A stretch of 64,000 nt of DNA from Oscillospiraceae bacterium (GTDB lineage Bacteria; Bacillota; Clostridia; Oscillospirales; JAGBHD01): positions 11,238 through 75,237 of the forward strand of contig JAGBHD010000060.1 in assembly GCA_018110785.1 (NCBI GenBank). Reading direction: 5' to 3'. The notes below the pieces were generated by a model, which saw only the letters and a list, made by a program, of their open reading frames with translations, was not told where the DNA came from and ran no database searches. Both the position numbers and the translations under genes were made by a program. Shown here one piece after another: positions 58,204 to 64,000 of the stretch (its first letter is position 1; each line of letters opens with the position of its first letter).

Positions 58204-58232
58204 ATTATAATATTTCTTTTTAATGTTGTCAA
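58204..58232 (-). promoter_or_regulatory. Perfect consensus sigma-A promoter (TTGACA-17-TATAAT)
   Basis: The -35 is at 58232..58227 and the -10 at 58209..58204. It lies immediately downstream of the adhesin terminator. Confidence 0.65.
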
Positions 58233-58297
58233 GAAAATCCCCTCGGATTGCGAAGAGGATAAATTGTTTATGAAATTCGATTTCAATATAGTTATTA

Positions 58298-58335
58298 TAA
58301 AAAAGCGACAGGTTTCTTTTCAGAAACCTGTCGCT
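58298..58335 (-). terminator. Intrinsic terminator of the surface-protein gene
   Basis: 13-bp perfect stem AGCGACAGGTTTC / GAAACCTGTCGCT plus T6, starting 15 nt after the stop codon. Confidence 0.85.
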
Positions 58336-58350
58336 TTTTATCAGCTTATA

Positions 58351-61300
58351 TTAAGCTTTTCTTCTTTTTTTGCTTAAAGCTGCCGCGCCGATTAAGCCGC
58401 CGCTTATGAGCATAAGAATCATCCATAACAGAATGTTTGCATTAACGCCTGTTCCGGGGTTTTCGGGAAGTTCGGGGATTTCGGGAGTTTTCGGCTCATC
58501 ATATTTATTTTCAAATATGAATTCCGATTTCTCTTCGCTCTCGCCTTTTTTGGTAATTGTTTTTTCTGCAACCAAAGCGCCCTCGCCGTTATCCTTAACC
58601 TCAACAGTTACGCACCAAACGGTATCATCATAAATGTAACCCTCTTGAGCGTCGTTCTTCTCAAGAATAACATATCTGTATGTTCCTGCTTTAGTAAATT
58701 TAAGCTCTTCGAATACTATAGAGCCATCTTTAGCATTCTTTGCTGTTTTAACAGCGTTACCAACGATTTCAAACTTCTCATTTGCTTCGAAAAGCTCGAA
58801 GGTAAACTGCTTATCAGCTAATGTAGCTCCGCTTAACTTCTTCTCGCCCTTAACAGCTATGCCTGCATCGGTTACTTCATAGGCATTTTTGAATATAAGC
58901 GCGTCTGCCTTTTCACCCTCAGAGGTTTTGATTGTTACTTCAGCTTCAAGCTTTCCGAGCAGATTATCCTTAACTTCTACTACTACATAGTAAACCGTTT
59001 CATCATAGATAACTCCACCCTTATCGCCTTTAACCTCTTTTACAGCGTATAAATAGGTTCCTGTTTGGGTATAGGTGATTTTATTGAAGACAAACTTTCC
59101 GTTTTTATCATTCTTAGCCGACTGAATCTTATCGCCGATAACTATGCCGTTTTCAGCAGTTTCTTCAGCCTCATAAAGCTCGAATGTAAACTCTTCATCA
59201 TTCAGAACGCGGCCATCGAGTTCTTTCTTTGCTGTTTTGGAAAGGTCGATTTCTACATTTTCAGCGCTATAGGTATTTGTAAACTCAAGCTCATTTTTAG
59301 CCTTATCTACAGATGCGGTAAGAGTTCCGTCTCTGTTGTCCTTAACCTCTACCTTGATGGTTATAACGGTATCATCATAGGCAACACCGTCTTTGAAATT
59401 ACCGTCGGGACGAACTTCCTCTAAAGTATAGATATGCTCGCCTACATCATTTAAGGTATATTCAATAGCCTCAAATTCAATATCTGCGGCAACAGCATCC
59501 TTTGCAGCCTTGTTGGTACCCTTAGCAACAATCTTGTCGCCGTCTTTAATAACGAACTCGAATTCCCCTACTTCCATATCGCGGCCAACTAAGGTTTTGG
59601 TTGCTTCAATGACAATTTGGGTATTATCGGTTGTATATTCGTTATTGAAAACAATCTGCGAGAGGTTGCCTTCATCATCGGTAATAACTGTTTCTACAGA
59701 GAGATTTCCTTTATGGTCGTCGGTTACCTTAAATGTTACATAAAACTCTGTTTCATCATAGGTAACTCCGCCTTTACCGCCGTCTATCTCTTTTACGATA
59801 TAGCGATATGTTCCCTTCTCGGTAAATGTAATCTCAGGGAATACGATATCGCCGTTTGCGGCATTTTTAACATTCTCGCCTACCTGAGCACCTTTGGTCC
59901 AAACCTCTTTATTATCTACTATATTAACGGTTGCATTGAATATAGCAAATTCAAACTCATTTCCGTCGAGTGTTCTGCCTTCAAGCTCTTTGCTTGCCGC
60001 AAAGCCTTTGCTTGTAGATCTTGGAGTATATTTATTGGTGAATACTATATCGTCAGAATCCATATCAGCTTTTGCTGTAAGTGTACCATCGAGATTATCT
60101 GCAACTGTTACGGTTACATTATAAACCTTATCATCATAGGTAATTCCGAGGTCATTATTCTGTTTTTCTTCGGAAATCTGATAATAATATACGCCTGCCG
60201 CTGTATATTCAATCGGAGAGAATTTAAATATAGACTCTGCAACTCCGCCCGCATTAGGGACGGCTCCGATATTAGCTCCGGTTGCTACTGCAGTTTCCGA
60301 CTTCTTTGTTTCGAATGTAGAATCGGTCATTTCGAAAATATTGAAATGGAACTCGCTGAACAGCATATGACGGTCGCCCGTAAGGCGCTTTGTTGCTTCA
60401 AGAGAAATGCTCGTAGGAGTTTTTATAGAATAGCTGTTTTCGAAGTTTATAACTGTCGAGGTGCTGTCTTCATAATAGTAGTTAGCTACTAAAGAGCCAT
60501 TACCATCATCTGTTACCTCTACAACTAAATCGAAGATGCGGTCTGTAAATTCTACACCTTTTGTAGTATCGCCCTTTACCTCGCTTATCTTATAGCGATG
60601 TATGCCTTCCTTGTTATAGGTAAGCTTAAAGGGAACATTTGTTGCATTTCCGCTTTCATCGGCTACATAGAAAGCTATTTCAGCGCTCTGAGAATCTTCA
60701 GCCGCCGCATTAAAGCCTACTGCGATAACCTTTCCGTTCTCGTCTTGTACGGTAAATGTAAATTCGTTTGCTTCCATATCGCGACCTGTTAAGGTTTTGG
60801 TAGCTTCAACTTCAACTTCCGCTTCTTTTGCTGTATATTTATTTGTAAACTCATATGTTGCTGAATGGTTTACTGCATTTTCATCTATCTGAACAGTTAT
60901 GTTTGAGTTATCAGAGTCTACTTTTACAGTTATTCTCTTTTCGGTTGTATCATAATCCCAACCATAAGCGCCTTTTACATAGCCTGCAGGGACCTTTTCT
61001 TTAAGAACATAATAATATGTTTTTCCTATGTCGCCGCTATCTACAAGCCACGAAAAACGAGCTTTACCGTTTGCATCGGTTATGCGGCTTTCTTTAAGGT
61101 CTGCCGCGCTGTAATTCCAGCTGCTATTTGCCTCATAAAGCTCGAACTCATAACCTGCAAAAGAAACTTCTGCCTTTGTATTGTCCTCTACAATCTTCTG
61201 AACATCAATAATTACAGGTGCTGTATGATAAGCATTTTTAAAGTTAGCATTTATAATATAGTCGCTACCAGACTGACTTACTGTGCTTCCTGTTACTTTA

Positions 61301-64000
61301 GCAGTAAGCTGTCCGTCTGTATCGGTTACCGTTATAACAAAGGTATAGATAGCGGGGTCAAAGGTTATTTCGGCATTGCCATTGGGTTCTTCATAAATAC
61401 GGTAGGTATGGACACCGGGGCTTGTAAAATTAAGATTTAAACTGAAATTATTAAAGTTTATATCTTTTGCTGCCGAGCCTGTATAATTTGTACCTGCTTC
61501 GATTTCTACAGAAGCGTTAAAGCCGCTGACAGGTGTCCAATTGCGAGTCGCATCGTCGTACTTTTCAAGGATAAACTTAAATTCCTCACTGCTCTGAAGA
61601 TGGGTTGCATCCATCTCCTTTTTGCCTTCAAAACCAATCTGAAGGTTGGTTTCAGTAGGTTTATAGGTATTCTTTACAATAACCGTTGCATTAGCATCCT
61701 TTAAAATAGTTACAGTTGAGTCGTTATCCATTGTCTCGCCTGTTTTATTATGGCTTGAATAGGAATCTGTATAGTTATTGCTCTGCGCCTCTGTTACAAC
61801 AGCTGTTGTGTTTTCGGGAAGATTTCTAATAACAATAGTTTCGCCGTGTTTAATTTTAAGCCCTGTTATCTTTCCGTCGTTACCTACTGTAACGGTAGTC
61901 AACGAAGTGTCGCCCGAATGAGCCGCGGCGAGGTTTTTCTCGCCCTTATAATCAGCGCCAAGGTCAACTGTAATATCAAACTCTGTGATTAAAGCGTGGG
62001 CAGGAAGAGAATGACCTTCAAGACCGCTCACAACCTCTTTTGTTATATAGAGGTTACCAAAACCTTTAAGGGTATTCTGAAAGGAAACCTCCGAAGTTTT
62101 TTGAGAAACAACAGTTACCAGAGTGCTATTTGTTTCTGTAGCCTGTCCGTTAATTGTTAGCACACGGTAAGTCGCGTGGTCGGATTCGGTTACGGTATAT
62201 GTTCCTGCATCAAGTCCTGTTACATAAACAGTTTCGCCAGCCAAAAGATTTACTGTTATAACACCGTTACTATCTGCCTTTACAGTTGCAGTTTCGCCAA
62301 AGCTGCCATCAGCATTTAAGGGGGTTAACTTATACTGCTCGTTAGCATTAGCACCCGAAATTTTAAATTCAAATGTCTGATTAGAGCTATCGTTACCATC
62401 AAGGGTCTTGGTCAGTTTTATTCCTGTTGCAGGAGTTACTGTAAGTTTACCGTTGTTACCAAAGGTTACAACAGAATAGTGAGCAGAATGTTCGCCTGTC
62501 GGGTTTTCTGCATTAGTTTTGATTTTAGGATAGGAAATAAACTTATTTGTTGCGGTATTGTTATTATCTTTAAGGGTAGTTTTATCTCCTATAATTTCAT
62601 GCTTTCCTGTTCCGCCGACTATAAACCATTCATTTCCCTGTTTTTCGGCATGTTCTATTGCGTCAGGAGAGGATTTAGAGTAAACGATTTTTGTGCTAAC
62701 AGTTCCATTATTCTTTTCAAAAATTCTTTCTGAATGATAATAACCACTACCCGACGGTTTTGCAGTCCCGGTGTAGGGTGTTCCGTTATCATCAATATAA
62801 ACTTTGGAATCTGTTAGATAGTAATAACGCTCATTTTCATTTGAAGGCTCAAAATGAGTAAATGCATTTATAGAGGTATCTGCAATAGCACCGCTATCTA
62901 CATCTACAAATGCCCAGTCGTTGGTATAGAATGTATATGTGCCATCCTGATTTTTATGGTTAGCGTTTACCTTTTCTGCTATATTTATTTCGTTGATATC
63001 CTCGCGAAGCGCTACTTCATATAAAATACGGGCAGGAAAATCAGCAGAAGTATCTGTTATTTTAAGGTCTTTAATACCTGACTCATAGGTTTTTCCTTCT
63101 AATGTTACCTCATAGGTAATTGTAGGAATTAAGGATGCGGGAATGGTTCCTTCAACAACAATTTCACCAACAGCGGTGCCTGCAACATCAGAGGCTATTG
63201 TTTCTCTGACACGGATAACGGTATACATCATATCAGATGCTTTAATGCCGAGATCCTCATTTACTTCGCCGAGATAACAATAGGATTTATAGATAAACTT
63301 TGCGCCATTTGCTATAGCTACCGCTTTTTCTGTATCGGTATGGCCGTCGTGCCAGAAATCTACAAAGTTTCCGTTTTCATCGCCGTACCAGCCTATGTAG
63401 TTGCTGAAATTATTTTCATTTTCATACATAAGCTGCTTATAATAATATGCGTTTCGGATAAGGTTTTGCGCTGTAAGGGTATCGCTGATGTCTAAACGAG
63501 TTTTAACGGCGCGAACGAACTCATCTCCCAAAGGTTTTGGATTGCTGGTTTGACCAAGCTCTCCGCCGCCCTCAACAAAGTTTTTAGCAAGTGCTGAGCC
63601 TGTATGGAGGATTTGATGTCCGTTTTCATCCTCAAAAAGGAAGCCCTTAACATTTATAACATCCATATATTCGCCAAGCTCATCGCGGAATGTTACATAT
63701 CCACCAAGATCAGCGCTGCCGCCCGATATTTCGGTAGGATAATAGACCGATTGAAGCACAATAGCATCAACAATCTGCTCGAAAGCATTAAGAAGCGACT
63801 GCTCTAAGCTTACATTATTAGTTTGTATAGCTTCGAAATACTGGGTTACATAATTTTTATAGCTTTCAGTTACATAACCGCTCTTAACAACAGGTTCATA
63901 ATACTTTGTCTGCCCACGATTTTGCTCGCTTCTAAGATACATAGTAGCATTGTTTGCGAGATTTAAATATGTGTCCCAATAGGTATTCATATTTCCGTTA
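58351..64000 (-). CDS. Giant cell-wall-anchored adhesin with tandem pilin isopeptide-linkage (Spy0128/FctA-type) and Cna-B-like domains. The N-terminus lies beyond the window.
   Basis: The reading frame is open to the window edge (more than 1880 aa visible). There are at least 8 repeats of the pattern FTFxL...G.F.F..I.F...G.Y.Y.I.E....G..YD...Y.V.V.V.D...G.L. The C-terminal NPGTG (58447..58461), a hydrophobic helix and a KKRRKA tail form a sortase-type sorting signal. Confidence 0.85.
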   Translation of the reverse strand, partial: NGNMNTYWDTYLNLANNATMYLRSEQNRGQTKYYEPVVKSGYVTESYKNYVTQYFEAIQTNNVSLEQSLLNAFEQIVDAIVLQSVYYPTEISGGSADLGGYVTFRDELGEYMDVINVKGFLFEDENGHQILHTGSALAKNFVEGGGELGQTSNPKPLGDEFVRAVKTRLDISDTLTAQNLIRNAYYYKQLMYENENNFSNYIGWYGDENGNFVDFWHDGHTDTEKAVAIANGAKFIYKSYCYLGEVNEDLGIKASDMMYTVIRVRETIASDVAGTAVGEIVVEGTIPASLIPTITYEVTLEGKTYESGIKDLKITDTSADFPARILYEVALREDINEINIAEKVNANHKNQDGTYTFYTNDWAFVDVDSGAIADTSINAFTHFEPSNENERYYYLTDSKVYIDDNGTPYTGTAKPSGSGYYHSERIFEKNNGTVSTKIVYSKSSPDAIEHAEKQGNEWFIVGGTGKHEIIGDKTTLKDNNNTATNKFISYPKIKTNAENPTGEHSAHYSVVTFGNNGKLTVTPATGIKLTKTLDGNDSSNQTFEFKISGANANEQYKLTPLNADGSFGETATVKADSNGVITVNLLAGETVYVTGLDAGTYTVTESDHATYRVLTINGQATETNSTLVTVVSQKTSEVSFQNTLKGFGNLYITKEVVSGLEGHSLPAHALITEFDITVDLGADYKGEKNLAAAHSGDTSLTTVTVGNDGKITGLKIKHGETIVIRNLPENTTAVVTEAQSNNYTDSYSSHNKTGETMDNDSTVTILKDANATVIVKNTYKPTETNLQIGFEGKKEMDATHLQSSEEFKFILEKYDDATRNWTPVSGFNASVEIEAGTNYTGSAAKDINFNNFSLNLNFTSPGVHTYRIYEEPNGNAEITFDPAIYTFVITVTDTDGQLTAKVTGSTVSQSGSDYIINANFKNAYHTAPVIIDVQKIVEDNTKAEVSFAGYEFELYEANSSWNYSAADLKESRITDANGKARFSWLVDSGDIGKTYYYVLKEKVPAGYVKGAYGWDYDTTEKRITVKVDSDNSNITVQIDENAVNHSATYEFTNKYTAKEAEVEVEATKTLTGRDMEANEFTFTVQDENGKVIAVGFNAAAEDSQSAEIAFYVADESGNATNVPFKLTYNKEGIHRYKISEVKGDTTKGVEFTDRIFDLVVEVTDDGNGSLVANYYYEDSTSTVINFENSYSIKTPTSISLEATKRLTGDRHMLFSEFHFNIFEMTDSTFETKKSETAVATGANIGAVPNAGGVAESIFKFSPIEYTAAGVYYYQISEEKQNNDLGITYDDKVYNVTVTVADNLDGTLTAKADMDSDDIVFTNKYTPRSTSKGFAASKELEGRTLDGNEFEFAIFNATVNIVDNKEVWTKGAQVGENVKNAANGDIVFPEITFTEKGTYRYIVKEIDGGKGGVTYDETEFYVTFKVTDDHKGNLSVETVITDDEGNLSQIVFNNEYTTDNTQIVIEATKTLVGRDMEVGEFEFVIKDGDKIVAKGTNKAAKDAVAADIEFEAIEYTLNDVGEHIYTLEEVRPDGNFKDGVAYDDTVITIKVEVKDNRDGTLTASVDKAKNELEFTNTYSAENVEIDLSKTAKKELDGRVLNDEEFTFELYEAEETAENGIVIGDKIQSAKNDKNGKFVFNKITYTQTGTYLYAVKEVKGDKGGVIYDETVYYVVVEVKDNLLGKLEAEVTIKTSEGEKADALIFKNAYEVTDAGIAVKGEKKLSGATLADKQFTFELFEANEKFEIVGNAVKTAKNAKDGSIVFEELKFTKAGTYRYVILEKNDAQEGYIYDDTVWCVTVEVKDNGEGALVAEKTITKKGESEEKSEFIFENKYDEPKTPEIPELPENPGTGVNANILLWMILMLISGGLIGAAALSKKRRKA

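Noticed and set aside
59617-60492. 291-aa plus-strand ORF (and other ORFs of 60-120 aa at 59065, 59510, 59894, 60598, 61225, 62479 and 63604) antisense to the adhesin gene
   Set aside because: Cys/Ile/Phe-rich nonsense composition and no SD. These ORFs lie entirely inside a confidently coding minus-strand repeat gene, whose codon bias suppresses stops on the opposite strand.
1-64000. CRISPR arrays, tRNA/rRNA genes, IS elements, integrases, prophage or known defence-system genes
   Set aside because: I scanned the intergenic gaps longer than 60 nt and all ORF translations. I saw no repeat-spacer periodicity, no tRNA T-loop (GTTCGAATC-like) in a cloverleaf context, no transposase or recombinase motifs, and no nuclease or ATPase defence signatures.

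Overview
The window looks like a chromosomal segment of a Clostridia-class Firmicute. This call rests on gene content and synteny: yqeG-yhbY-nadD-yqeK-rsfS-leuS, plsX-rnc-smc-ftsY, a CD1247-like gene next to efp, and a TIGR01212 radical SAM gene. About 85% of genes are on the minus strand, mostly tightly packed or overlapping housekeeping operons. Recognisable blocks are:
- infC-rpmI-rplT with an ATT start and an L20-type leader.
- A 10-gene aromatic amino-acid supraoperon (39.9-49.5 kb).
- A galacturonate/hexuronate locus (AraC regulator, GH4, uxaC, uxaB, uxaA at 49.7-56.4 kb), with kdgK-eda located 40 kb away.
- pepT, an M24 peptidase, galT, alr, topA, dprA and trmFO.

I saw no rRNA, tRNA, CRISPR array, transposase or integrase.

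Accessory or unusual parts:
1. An AT-rich seven-gene island of small membrane or unknown proteins sits just downstream of alr (3.5-7.4 kb). It contains 37-bp direct repeats and an odd GC-rich non-coding block.
2. A candidate Tyr/Phe leader-peptide attenuator lies in front of the aromatic operon.
3. An ORF-poor transcription unit of about 290 nt (57.9-58.2 kb) has a perfect consensus promoter and a strong terminator.
4. A PptA-like tautomerase gene carries an in-frame TAA.
5. A surface adhesin of more than 1880 aa has many pilin isopeptide-type repeats and an NPGTG sorting signal. It is truncated by the window edge.

All calls come from reading the translations and the sequence by hand. No database search or folding program was run. 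Coordinates of small elements may be off by a few nt.
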